64,000 nucleotides of DNA from Amoebidium appalachense (Eukaryota > Protista > Ichthyosporea): NCBI GenBank assembly GCA_963693365.1, contig CAVNZM010000016.1, positions 1,433,538 to 1,497,537 of the forward strand. The letters run 5' to 3'. A program made the translations under genes and the position numbers. Under the pieces are notes generated by a model, which saw only the letters and a program-made list of their open reading frames with translations, was not told the DNA's origin and did no database searches. Numbering within the stretch: position 1 is the stretch's first letter; every line of letters begins with the position of its first letter. Of this stretch, positions 1 to 29,687 are shown piece after piece.

Positions 1-442
1 GTGCATGCCCCATGCCTCTGCGTACTCTCCATGTTAAATGTTGTATTGCTTCTTGCTGTGTGCGTGGCGAGACCCATGTTGCCTGCTCGCGTGTGTGTAT
101 GCTTATATGTATTGTGAGTAAACGTGTGTACGTGTTGTAGTGCTGTAGGGGTGTCTGAGGTCGCGGTAGCCAATGGTGTGGAGTGCGTGTAGTCTGTGGG
201 GGAGGGAGTGTTGTGATTGGCTGAATGTCACTGTGGTATTTGTCTGGCCAGTGGGCCGCGTGTCTGTGAAGTGTCTCGCGGGGTCGCGGGCTTTTGGAAG
301 TTCTTCTCAGAACACAAAAAACTCGCTTCCCACCCAACTCAAAGAAAAGTTTATACGTATACACGGTTTCGAGCCCCTTTAAGCGTGCAGATAGTTAGAG
401 TAGTTCATATACACTCTGTTTGTTGCCACGACACCCGGTACT

Positions 443-871
443 TTGTCCCATGCCACCCTCCACCTGCCAACCTCCAAGACGGATGTACAGGCCCGAGGTG
501 TCAACGTCACTCCAGCTGCCCTGCCTCTCACCCACTTCTTCCCAGCCCATCTCCTCCGGCAGTTCCTGGATACAACGTCCGGTCAACCCGACGACCCCCT
601 GTTCAGTCTCGGTGGCATTCCCTACACCAAGGGTGCTTTCTCTGCCGACTTCCGTGCCCTCCTCTCCCGGGCTGGCCTCTCACCCTCCCGGTTTGCCGGC
701 CACAGCCTCCAAATTGGGGGGGCCACAGCCCTGGCTGAGGGCGGGGTCGACGACTCCCGGATCAAATAACTCGGCAGATGGTCCTCCGACTGTTTCCTGA
801 TCTATACTCGACTTCGCCCAGCCTCCATTGCTGCCACTACCAAAAGTGTATTCGCCTCTATTCTTAAGTGA
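443..871 (+). pseudogene. Tyrosine recombinase C-terminal fragment of a DIRS-order (Ngaro/PAT-like) retrotransposon
   Basis: Translation shows SKTD...GHSLQIGGAT...(TAA 767-769)LGRWSSDCFLIYTR, matching the YR motifs SKTD, HSxRxGGA and GRWxS..Y. Catalytic R is replaced by Q and there is an in-frame stop; the frame ends at TGA 869-871. Confidence 0.85.
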
Positions 872-899
872 AACCTTTGGAGCAAGCATACTGCTCTCG

Positions 900-1554
900 T
901 GCCGTGGTTTACAACCATTGCAGGTTCACTTTCATCCAAGGGGATGTCCCCCCAGAGACAACACACGTCCCGGAGTAGTTTTCATAGAGGTTTTATTTGT
1001 GGAATTATAGACATAAATATTTTTCTGGGTAAACACGTAGGATGGGTGTTTGGTATCAACACATGTAGGCTTCGTTTCGTGTTTTAGCAGTTCGCGGTTG
1101 GCTGCCCGCACACGGGCACCTATTAGCCAATCAAAACGTCAGATTCCACATATCACTAGACCGATTTTGATTGGCTCGGGTCAGATTTCACATATCACTA
1201 GATCGATTTTGATTGGCTCGGATCGGTAGGCTTTGGTATATAAGCACGACAGTTTTTAGCAGATCAGCAAGCTACAAACACATCTTCTGTGTTGAGCACC
1301 TACAGCCCTTACAGCTATATTTTCTTTTCACCCACCCACCTACACCCACACTCAACCCCCATTGATCCACACATACGTACTGTTTTTTCATTGGGCGAAG
1401 ACTTCCCCCCTTTTTTGGGCACAAGGACCTCATGAGGGATCAATAAATTGATGACTGGGTGCTTGCCGTGGTTTATAACCATTGCAGGTTCACTTTCGTC
1501 CAAGGGGATGTCCCCCTAAAGGCAACACACGTCCCGGAGTAGTTTTCATAGAGG
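900..1554 (+). mobile_element. Split direct repeat 3' terminus (B1-A2-B2) of the YR retrotransposon
   Basis: A 91-bp direct repeat at 900-990 and 1464-1554 flanks a ~470-bp segment directly after the YR stop, the Ngaro/PAT 3' arrangement. Confidence 0.75.
1125..1244 (+). promoter_or_regulatory. Putative element promoter in the A repeat
   Basis: CCAAT box, a ~42-bp tandem duplication each copy carrying ATTGG (1138-1221), and TATATAAG at 1237-1244. Confidence 0.5.
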
Positions 1555-2156
1555 ACAAGGAAAAGACTGAGGACGCCAGGTCCCGGAAGCCCCATTTACA
1601 TCGTGATGTTTATTGATCTGGGGGGCTTCCGTGTCTGGTGTGACTCGATGTATATCTACGTCACATTACAAAGATTGGGAGGAGACGATTGGATCGACTG
1701 GGAGGAGACGATTGGATCTACTGGAAGAATACGATACTTAAACTAGGTGATCTGACGTATGTGGTGTAATAACCTGAGAGATAGTATCCGAGATCTAATG
1801 GATCAAATCTCTTGATGATTGCGTGAGCCGTATGCGATGAAAGTCGCTCGTATGGTTCTTAGGAGTTGATCTTGATGTGAATCAAATGATCTCGATCTGA
1901 GCTATATCAATTACCTTTGGTGTAATAGGTATTGCAGGACTTGAACCTACAGCCGTAATCTTGTAAGGATTATTATACTCTACCAAATAAGCTAAATACC
2001 TCGACCCTGGGATCCTCAGAAACTACACGCCAAGCAACAAAAGAACGTTAGAGTCCCTAGAGAGCCACCGCTTGAAAGAATCCAATTTACAATTTACAAC
2101 TAACATGAAATTTAATATCTTACTAACATGAAATTTACAATTTACAACTAACATGT
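1555..2156. other. Probable organellar DNA insertion (NUMT-like)
   Basis: Contains the AT-rich tRNA-Val, short direct repeats (GGGAGGAGACGATTGGATC x2; AATTTACAATTTACAACTAACATG x2) and about 10 GATC sites, with no microsatellites. Confidence 0.45.
1926..2001 (-). tRNA. trnV: tRNA-Val(UAC), AT-rich and organelle-like, probably a pseudogene/NUMT
   Basis: Minus strand folds as acceptor AGGTATT/AATACCT, D-arm GCTT-ATTTGGTA-GAGT, anticodon stem TAATC/GATTA with loop CT-TAC-AA and T-arm GTAGG-TTCAAGT-CCTGC. There are 3 extra nt (TAA) between the D and anticodon arms. Confidence 0.8.
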
Positions 2157-2159
2157 GTC

Positions 2160-19055
<16,896 letters not shown>

Positions 19056-19544
19056 GGTTTCCGCGTCACCGGATTGCTGAGTGGCTGTGTCGATGGGGGA
19101 CAACTTAGCCTTTCGATATAACGTGTTCGAAGTTTTAAAAAAAAGGCAACGTCACCAGTAAGCTACTGTCTGTTTCAAATGCGAAGAGAATGTGCAAATA
19201 TATGATTTTCCGAAAATAAGATTCTAGCGCTAGATTTTTTGAAAAATCCAAGATTCTGTCTAGCCCCCCATCCATGGCACAAAAACTCCTTGCCCTTGTG
19301 GTCCGCGGGAGGGGTCTGGGACCAAGATTCTAGCTGGCTAGGGCCGAAATCCACGTAATCTTATACTCGGCCTACACCTGTAGCGTAAATAGTAGCCGCG
19401 GCTCGGGCCGTTGTACCAGGGTTCGAATTCTGTTTTTGAAACTTGGGGTAGGGTCCATAAGTTTGGGATTCGCCAAAAAAAAACTTACGGAATTCCGTTT
19501 GGGAAAACCCTCCGAGTCCTGGGTGGCCCGCACCAACGCGTATG

Positions 19545-19583
<39 letters not shown>

Positions 19584-19881
19584 ACCACCACCACCACCAC
19601 CACCAAATTTAAACACACACGCTGATCATGACACACACTGTGACAAACACACACACACACATGTACAACATGATCAATACACACCCAAACACACACACAC
19701 ACACACACACACGTACACACAAACACACACACGTGTCACACACAGTCCACCATCCCTTCCTCCACCGTGACCACCCATGGTGGCCACAACCCCTAAAATT
19801 AAACACCGATGCTCACTTACCGGCACTCACAGCCAACCCCCGGCCCCCCTCCGGATCCCCCCCCCCCCCCCCCCCTTACAT

Positions 19882-20002
<121 letters not shown>

Positions 20003-20128
20003 CACCGTGACACAAGTGCACAAACACATAAACAGACACGGCCACTGGGCCTTTCCCCTTCCCCCTCATCCCCCCCCCAGTTACCCACTAAAGCACCCAG
20101 TCACGGCCAACCCTCCCCGCCCCCCCCC

Positions 20129-20159
<31 letters not shown>

Positions 20160-20343
20160 ACAGATGTACACACACACGTGCACACACACACACACACACA
20201 CCGTGACACGTGTGCACAAACACATAAACAGGCACGGCCACTGAGCCTCCTCCCCTACCCTCTAGGCCTCTTCGCCACCCCCAGTGAGCCACTGTACATG
20301 TAGTACCCACTCCCCCCCCCCCCCCCCCCCCCGGCCCATACTA

Positions 20344-20385
<42 letters not shown>

Positions 20386-22798
20386 ACACCCTGAAGGTTT
20401 CAAGTTGGGAATCCGGAAAAAAAAAGTTTGGGAAATCCCAACATTTTTTAGGAATTTCGCTGCGTTGTACATACCTCCTGTTAATGTTCCGTCCTTCTAT
20501 TGGGTTAGTTTGAAATCTAGGTATGTAAAAAATTTATCGCCATTGAATTCCAAAATTCTATACGCACCCGCACAAAGTAAGTTTGGGCCGGGTCAGGGTA
20601 GGGATTCCGAACGAAAATCGTCGTAATTACGATTAACGAGAGACACCGTTACGAATAAGGTTGGGGTGCCGTCGTAACAGCTTTCGTATCAGGTGTTTAG
20701 CGTAAAATATGCTCGACTATCTAATCTTGCCTATTTTTTCAATATTTCTGTTCAAGAACCTATCTGCAGCTCTCTTGCTGTGCAATATCGAGCCCCGACC
20801 GGTGCTCAGGGCCTGTAATCCGGCAATAATTTGTAGAAATGCGCATTTTGGAATTTGTGACTGGAGGGGCGTTTTCGACGGGGCTGAACTCTCTACAAGA
20901 ACCCCCCCATTACGATTTACGATTTCACTTTTACTTCGATCTCTTAGCTGTCACGTCAACTTTTTTTCCCGATTCTTCACCATGGCAGGTATATAAAGGC
21001 TTTCGTTTTTTCTTTTTGTGGTGGGAGGGGGTCCCACTCAGGGGAACGTGACAATGTGTGTGTGTAGTGCGGCCTTGTCTACTCCTACTGCTGTGAGAGT
21101 GTGGGGACATCTCCCTTCCGTGGATTTTCTCGCTTGAGGAGTGGTTTCTTCGACATCTGGTGGCCCACTACAACTTACGGTGACTTCTACACGCTATCTA
21201 CGCTTCTACGCGAGCTATTGGCGGTGGGCTGCTGCAACTTCTGCAACTGCTTCTGCGCTGCGTGAGTGGAGGGGTAGCTACTGGGTCGTCGAGGAGCTGT
21301 CCTTGTGGCTGCCGTGTTTTCAGCCTTCAGCAGTATGGCAATGACTGGGTTTGCTTGCATGCATTCTGTAGTTGTGTTTTCCTGTGTGTCCTGCCACAAC
21401 TAGGCCACCTTATCAAAGAGTTAGGGACAGCTTCTGCGGGTTTTCTAGGGGTCGGGCCCGTGGGGATTGTTTTCTCGCTCGGATTTGGTCTGCATTGCTC
21501 TTTAAATGGCTGACTTGCTTGCTGTGCCCCGGTAGGTTTTGAGGGGGGCCTGTTGGGGGGCAGCAGTAATGATGTCTTCTTGCGGAGTGTGGCCTGGTCT
21601 TCATCACTGCATATGACTAGTTGGAGCAAACTAGTTTCACGAATGCATACGCGTGCACTTGTACCTTTGCCCGCTGGTGTCCTTTGGTGACTTATTGTTT
21701 TATTTTTTATTTCATCGCTGTGGCTCTTTCGAAGTCGGTTATTTTGGTGGTCATGTAGCCTGTGGCTGCACGTTGCCTTCATATCCACTGGACCACTGAT
21801 CAATAAATCCCGGTCAAGAGAAAAAAATTATGTAACAGTCCGTTACGATTGGCCCATGGGCACGGCCATTGGTGTTTCTAGATGGCCATGGCCCATGGGC
21901 CATACGGTTAGGCTGGTCAACCCCAGCCCAACCCTGGGCCGGATTCACAAGGCTTATTAACCCTTTAGGGTCGTCTTATAAGTAGTATTAGTTATCATCA
22001 TAGAGGGATATGTAGGAAAAAATACTCGGGACAACATTACAATACTCTCGAGATCTCAGAAAACTACATACTATTATGATATGATAATAATCGACGTGCA
22101 CTTGCGCCGTGGACGTGATCCGATGATCAGTCACCCTGTAGCAACCCCCGATGTCGCTGATTAAGGGGATCTAGTGGGTGGGTTTTCGGGTCATATATCT
22201 CCGGATATATTAATAAAATAGGAGCGTGACTTTGATCTAATCAAGCGGCGATTTGGGCCGGCTATTAGTGAGCCGCACTCAGAGAGATGATCGCCTCAAC
22301 CAATAGATCGCGGCCGGCGTATATAGCGTAATGACCACAGCTGGTTTTCTAGGAACCAGATCCACCTCGAAAAAAAAAATCGTAAGGAGCACCAACCTAC
22401 AGCCTTGGTAATTCTTATTTTAATATATACTAAAGGTGTACGTATGTCATTTTCCTTCAGCAAAATTCCCAGGGCTTGCTTCCTAAGAGACGGTGGGTGC
22501 TGTATAGTAAGGGTATCAAAGGGGGCGTCGGGAAGGGAAACGGGGAACGACCGCCGGATGGGGATATTCAGTGGTGAATTTCCATCCCCACTTTCCTGGG
22601 TTTTGGATAGGTTTACGGTCTGCATCTGGTTCGCAGAAGCCTCTTTCCAGCCCGTACCAAGCCCGACCATAACCCCGTTTTTACGGTAAATAATACCCAG
22701 AAACATTTGTAAATACCAACAAAATTTCGGTTCATGGTAAGCCTCCCGAGGTTTCATGGTAAGACATGGTAAGCCCCCCCCCCCCCCCCCCCCCCCCC

Positions 22799-22865
<67 letters not shown>

Positions 22866-23114
22866 CCCCGCCCGCCCGCCCGCCCGCCCGCCAGGCCCCC
22901 ATGCATATGGCTGCGTATTATAACACAACACATGTGGTTAACCATGATATCATACGTATACAGGCATCACATGATGCGGATATTCCAAAGTAGTGGCGCC
23001 ACATGTGTGTGTGTGTGCCACGGTGTATGTGTGTGTGTGCTGTGTGTGCGTCCGTGTGTGTGCGTGCCTGTATACATGTGTGTTTATGTTTGTGTGTGCG
23101 TGTGTTTGTGTGTG

Positions 23115-23187
<73 letters not shown>

Positions 23188-23562
23188 CACGTGTGTTCGT
23201 GTGTGTATGTGTGTGTGCGTACTGTGTGTTACTGTGTGTGTGTGTGTGCGTGTGTGTGTGTGACAGTGTGTGTGTGTGTGTGTACATGTGTGTGTGTGTG
23301 TGTGTGCGTGTGTGTGTGTACATGTGTGTGTTTGGGTGGGTTTGTGTGTGTGTGTGTGCATGCGCGCGCGTGTGTGCGCGCATGTGTACTTGTGTGTGTG
23401 TGTGTGTGCCCGTGCGTGCGCACGCGCGTGTGTGCCTGTGTGCGGTGCCGTTTGTTTTTGTATGCGCGGTGTGTGTGTCTGTGTCCACGTGTGTGTTTGT
23501 GTGCATGTGTGTGAAAAGTTGTGTGTGCACGTGCACGTGTGCGCTCGTGCGCGTGCGGCAAC

Positions 23563-23601
<39 letters not shown>

Positions 23602-23890
23602 GTGCACACACACACACACCTTCACACACCTTGGCACACACACACACACACATGTACACAGACACGCACACAGCTAGTACTCCGGCCCACACGTACACAG
23701 ACACACATGTACAGGGCACACATATGGTATATACTCACGGACGTGACACTGTGGCACACACACACAGTGTTGTACAAGCGTACACACCGGCACCGTGACA
23801 CCGTCACACACACTCATAAACGCTATCCACACACACAATGCCATACTCGTACACACACGTGACACACACACAGAGCACACACACATACAC

Positions 23891-24228
23891 TGTTGTTTTG
23901 TACGGGTCTAAGGGAGCAGAGTGCACAGAGGTGTCATGTAAAAACACGACTAACACAGTCATTAATGAGAGGGCAATCGGAGTTGTTCACGAGACATTGA
24001 AAGATTTCAAACAACAACTGAATCTTTATTGTGCTCTCGGTTCCTTTTGTACTTGCGACTTATCACCTTATCACAACTAAAGAGGGAGAACCAATCGGTT
24101 CTATCAGAAGATAGAAAAACACATTCCGACAGCGCATACGCATTCCAACTTCCGATTAAACTAAAGTGTAGAAACTCTTACTTAATCTACAGATATCTGT
24201 GCTCACAGAAACAAGGGAGAGAGAGATA

Positions 24229-24290
<62 letters not shown>

Positions 24291-24422
24291 GAGAGAGGGA
24301 GAGAGAGAGAGAGAGGGAGAGAGAGAGAGCACAAAGGAGGAAAGCAGACACGAATACAAACAAGCTAGGACACATACATACTTCAAGGCTCTTGCTGTCA
24401 TACATGGTGACGTATTCCAACA
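23891..24422 (-). repeat. Copia 3' LTR (532 bp, internally deleted)
   Basis: Matches the 5' LTR but lacks about 29975-30367. Confidence 0.92.
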
Positions 24423-25140
24423 TCCCCACTCAAGGGGTTGAAGTTTGTGTTCTCGTGTCTGTTGATGTGACGGTAGATGGGGTCCAAACACAGGAGGGGC
24501 CGTCACACTCAAGTTTCCCCACTCGAGGATGCAAACCGAAGATCCTTGAGGTGGGAAGGAGAGAATCAAAACTGAAGAGGCACACAACGACGGTTGCCTC
24601 TGAAGACTCGAAATAAGAAATCATGGTGGTTATCGGCGATATATATATATAGATAGGAAACACTAGTGTATGTGTGACGTGTTGGTGGCTAATGGTTTAT
24701 ACTGGGGACCACCCAGGTAAACACAAGACATGAACATCTTGTGGACTGATTTATAGACTGGTGGTCAACCAGTTAAGACACGGGGAAGGTGCATCCCGTG
24801 GACTAGGTTTAGACTGGCAGTCAACCAGCACGTCATGGCTATAGATAATTATTTATACTGGGACGCCATCCCAGTTCGACATATATATAAGTCGAATATA
24901 GAAGAAAACCAATATATATGGTGGGATATGAATATAAATAAACGACGGATGGTGGAGAATAATCCCCACTGAAGATGCACACATATGACGATGGAAGACT
25001 GAGTCCCCACTGATGAAGAGAAACGATGAGGAGTAGTAGACTTTCTTTGGGAGGCATCTTGATCACCGTAGGTGTGTCTACTGCTGTCCAGGGCCCCAAC
25101 CTACTCAGAAACCACTCGATGATGAACACCAGTGCACGGG

Positions 25141-28100
25141 TCAGTCACGGAGACTGAGGTTGGCACGGTGTGTGTCGTGGGCCGTACCAGCCAGAGGCTT
25201 GGTGAAGATGTCGGCCAGGTTCTACTTGGTGTCGATGTAGGTGACAGTGACGTCCCCACTGTTGATGTAGTCCTTTGAGTTGAAGTAACGAACGGCAATG
25301 TGCTTGGTCCGGTGCTTGATGGTGTTGGAGTGGACCAGAGCAATGGTGGACTGATTGTCACAGTACACGGGGGTGGGCTCGGTCATGGGGTAGCCCAGCT
25401 CCTTTAGTAGATCACGGTGCCAGACAACATCTTGCACGGCAGCATTGAGGGCCAGGAGCTCGGCCTCACACGTGGAGGTTGCAGTGATCGTCTGCAGCTT
25501 GGAGTGGTAGGTGACGGGGGAGCCTTCGAGGAGGATGACGTACCCAGACGTGGAACGACGGGTGGTGGGGCAACCAGCAAAGTCAGAATCCGAGTAGCAC
25601 TCAAGGATGGGCACCTTGCTGTTGGGGGCCTTCTTCTTGTAGTAGAGGCCGAGGTTGATGGTGCCGAGCAGGTAACGAACGACACGGAGGAGAAGCTCCC
25701 AGGCAGTCTTGGTGGGCTTGGAGCTGAATCGGCCGAGGTAGCCAATGGCATACGAGATGTCACTGGCAGGCCGGGAGCACCGAGCAACCCACAGCAGACG
25801 GCCGAGGAGTTCACGGTAGGGGACGGTGGTGGGCAGGGATGAGTGGGAGGTCTCGTTGATGATGGTGCCCACGGGAATAGGGGTGGCCTTAGGCTTGGCA
25901 TCGACCAGGTTGAAGTCGGTGATGATGTCCTTGATGTAGGAGGACTGCAGCAGCTTGAGGGAGTCACGGGTGTACAGCAGTTGGGTGCCGAGGAAGATGT
26001 CTGGCAGACCGACCTTGCACTCGGCAGACTTCGTGATGTGACGAACAAGCCCCTGCATGATGGTGGAGTTCCGTGTGCAGGTGATGATGGCATCATCAAC
26101 GTAGTTGCCCGAACGGATGATGTGCCCGTTGGGGAACTGACGGAAGTAGACACACGGATCGGAACGGAGACGGGTGAGGCCGTGGGCAATGAGAATGGTG
26201 TTGAAGAACTCGTACCATGCCAGGGATGCCTGCTTGAGTCCGTAGATGGCCTTCTTGAGTTTCCAGACTTTGTGTTCATTGCCAGGGAGGATAAAACCAG
26301 GAGGTTGCTCCATGTACAAAGTCTCGTCGAGGGGGCTGTTGAGGAAGGCCATGCTGATGTCGAGTTGATGGATCTCGTGGTCCTGTTGCACACCGAGGGC
26401 AAGCAGGGCACGGACGGAGGAGGACATGACGACGGGGGAAGAGTTTTCACCGTAGTCAACACCGTAGACTTGGGTGAAACCCTTGGCCACACCACGACCC
26501 TTGATCTTGGTGTCACCAGCAGAGTTGAGGACCTTCTCCGTGACAATCCACTTGAATCGGATGATGTTGGCATCGGAGGGGGGCTCAACTACGTCGAAGA
26601 TGTCCTTGTCGATGAAAGCCTTGTACTCGGCAGTGAGGGCAGTCACCACTTCATCACCCTTGGTGCCAGAGCACAGCTTCTGAATTGACCGGGGCAGCTG
26701 AGACACATCAAGGCTGGGTCGGGAGATGCTCACCATAGCCATAGCAGGCCGGGAGGAGAGACGGGAGGAACGACGGGGAACGGTACGGAGGGGCTCAGGG
26801 GCCGGGGGGTTGTCTGTGACAGACACTCGGTGGTCGGGGATGGGGGCCTGGAAGCCAGGGATGGGTGCCGTGTTGAGGGGGGAGTCGGATAACACGGGGC
26901 TGGACGGGGCCGAGTGGAACTCCGGAGACCCAGGACGAACCGGGGTGAGATGACCAGGTACGTTGTCATTGACGGCAGGGGCCGGCAGCAGGGGTTGCTG
27001 ACCGGTGGGGGGGGGGGGTGGGTGGAGCCACGGGGGCAGGTACACGACGGGGGGAACGACGGATAATCACCGACGGAATTTCATCGTCATCGGAATTGGA
27101 ATTTCCGGAATGCAGGGATGAATCGATTGAGGTCGTCTGATTGGTGGCCTGCACAGAAATCTGATTGGATGCCGTGGTGAATTGTGATTCGTCGAAGACG
27201 ACATCGCGGTAGAGGTTGACCGTGTTGCCACGTAGATTCATGATCTTGTGGGCTTTGTTGGTGATATCCCAGCCCACGTAGGTGCCGAGTTTGACGGTAG
27301 AGGCCAACTTGTCTCGTTTGGATGCAGGGACGAGTACATAGGCTGGGCAGCCGAACACGTGCAGGTGGGAGATGTCAGGCTTGACACCGTAGAAAATTTC
27401 AAACGGTGTACGGCCATTGGCAGCTCTGGCCGGGGTCACGTTGATGATGTAGGCAGCATGCTTGAGAGCAGCTCCCCACAGTTTGGGGGAAAGGGAGTCG
27501 GCCTTGTCCTGATGAAGGAAGCACCGAACGATCTCCTGCAGATCCCTCATCTTACGTTCAACGAAGCCGTTGAGTTGGGGGCAGTCAACCGGGGCAAATT
27601 CTTGAATGATGCCCTTGGACTGGCAGTACTGCTCCATAGCGTGGGAGGTGAACTCGGACCCAGAGTCTGAACGGAAGTGGGTCACCACCTTGTCGGGTTG
27701 CTTGTCAGTAGTCTCAACCAGGGCCTTGACGTATTCGAGAGTTTCGGATCGATCACGGAGGAGGTACACGATGGTGTAGCCGGAGGCATCACAGGTACAC
27801 ACGAGGGCCACCTTGTAGCCACCATAGGAGGCACAGGAGGCTCGAAGAAGTCCATGTGCCACTTGGCACCGGGGAAGGGGCACTGGGTTCTGGTGCCGGA
27901 GAATGGGGCCTTGGTGGTCTTGCCGGAGACACAACCGAAGCAGTCAGTGGTGTCAGCCACTGAGAGGGATGAGGGGAGGCCTGTCACGAGGTCACCTCTC
28001 ACCATCTTGGTGAGGGTGGACAGGGCACGATGGCCGAGACGGTGGTGCCAGAGCTGAGGATCATTGTTGACCTTGACGTTGGCTACCAGAGCAGTGACGG

Positions 28101-29568
28101 TCCGAGGGATGGAGGGACGTATCTCATAGTCAGTGATGAAGTACAGTCCATCTGTGCCTGTGAGGGAACACACGATGTTGCCACCACGAGTGTAGAGGTA
28201 TGATGGGAATGCATCCTCATCATCGAGGTGGGCAAGGAGACCCGACTTGGAGGCCATTGAGGGTGATATCAGGAAGGCTGGGGAGTCGGGTACATAGAGG
28301 GTGTTGAGGCTCAGTACTGATGTTACTCCGTTGTAGGTGACGGCCAGGTTGATGACACCACGGTGATGTGCAGTGACGATGCCGAGGCCGTGGACGTCAG
28401 TCGGGGGGCATGGCTCAAGAGTAGAGAAGTACTCTTTTACTGGGCACACGTGGACGTTTGAAGCCGAGTCCCAGCAGGGGTCCATGGGTAGGGAGGCCGT
28501 GGTGGACACGAGGGCAAAATGCACCTCTTTTCCAGACTTGGTGTTGGCACGGTGACGACGGGCAATTGAGCAGCCAGGTTTGTCACACTGTGTGACATGA
28601 TGGTCTTCGTGACAGTAGGCACAGTCGAGGGAGCCAGTGGTCTTGGCTCGGGGTGGCTGGGAATGACGGTTACCCCCTTTACGTGGGGGGTAGGGTGACC
28701 GGGAACGATAGCCGGGGGAACGGGACCGTGAGTAATCACGGTCAACTGAGGGGGATCGATCGGTGGGACGACCGCGGGGGTGACGGGAGACGGAGCTGTC
28801 ACGTCGGGGGATCCGGTGTCTGAGGTCGTCCTTGGTGAGTACACGGCTTTGCAGGGCACGTGCTGTTCGGACGGTGGAGGAGGACCCGGACCCAGAGTCG
28901 ATGAGACCTTCACGGATCTCTGCAGCTCTGATGTCACTGATTAGACGGTTGTAGGTCTCGTAGTTAATGGTACGACGGAAGTAGTCGGCAATCATGGCCT
29001 GGATGTCGGTACAAACTAACTTACGGTTCTTCTTGAGGTGGATGAAGAAGTTATCAACCATAGTCTTGTGAGGAATGGGCTCTTCGAGGATGTGCAGGGT
29101 AGTGCACAGACGGCGTGCCATGGTGAGGTAGGCCGTGACGGTCTTGAAGTCTTTGAGTTCAAGCTCATGGTAGTCGAGGAGGATTTGACGAGCACGATCT
29201 TCACGTTCAGCCGCATAGGTCATACGGAGGTTGTGGAAAGCTTGGGCAGGTGACACATCATCGTGGATTTGACCAGAGTTATACAGCTCATCATTGGAGA
29301 CGAGTTGAGTAAACATCTGTTCAAGGAGGTTGGAAGCCTCGGTGTAGGCCTCCTCAGTGTCGTAGCCGTGCCACTCATTCTCGTCGGAAGGGTCGACCCA
29401 CTCGGGGGCCTTGATGACGGGCACTAACTTGGCCGCGGTGGTGGTACGTAGGTACCGGAAGATGACGGGTTCCCACTCATAATAGGTGAGACGTTTGTCG
29501 GACTTCTTGTCCGTGGTGTCATCCCCTTTCCAGGGGGTGAGGTTGAGATACGCAGGTTTCTCCGACAT
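25141..29568 (-). pseudogene. Copia gag-pol polyprotein (gag-PR-IN-RT-RH), disrupted
   Basis: Zn knuckle CAYCHEDHHVTQC, protease WDSASNVH, LWHHRLGH/CFGC, integrase RSDSGSEF...NGFVERK, RT YGLKQA/YVDD, RNase H YSDSDFAG/CDNQS/HRTKHI. Frameshifts near 27830 and 27040; stop at 25222-25224 before NLADIFTKPL. Confidence 0.95.
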
Positions 29569-29687
29569 GGTGATCAATCAGTCAGATGATGCGTGAGAGA
29601 GGAATCAGATCGGTATTCAAATTTGAATATTTTTGATTGCAGCGAGAGTATGTGTTTGCGAGAGCGTGCGAAAATGGGCCTTTAACC

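Noticed and set aside
22296-22931. 211-aa minus-strand ORF
   Set aside because: Inflated by a poly-C tract; no recognisable motif or convincing splice structure.
25010-25030. CTGATGA-AGA-GAAA hammerhead ribozyme core
   Set aside because: No room for stem II and no complementary strands for stems I/III nearby.
25761-25768. 6-bp in-frame insertion (RPASDI versus RPDI) as a DNA-transposon excision footprint
   Set aside because: No target-site duplication pattern; one small indel cannot be assigned.
25404-26688. Long alternative-frame and antisense ORFs in the Copia pol region
   Set aside because: Shadow ORFs caused by C-rich codon bias of pol.
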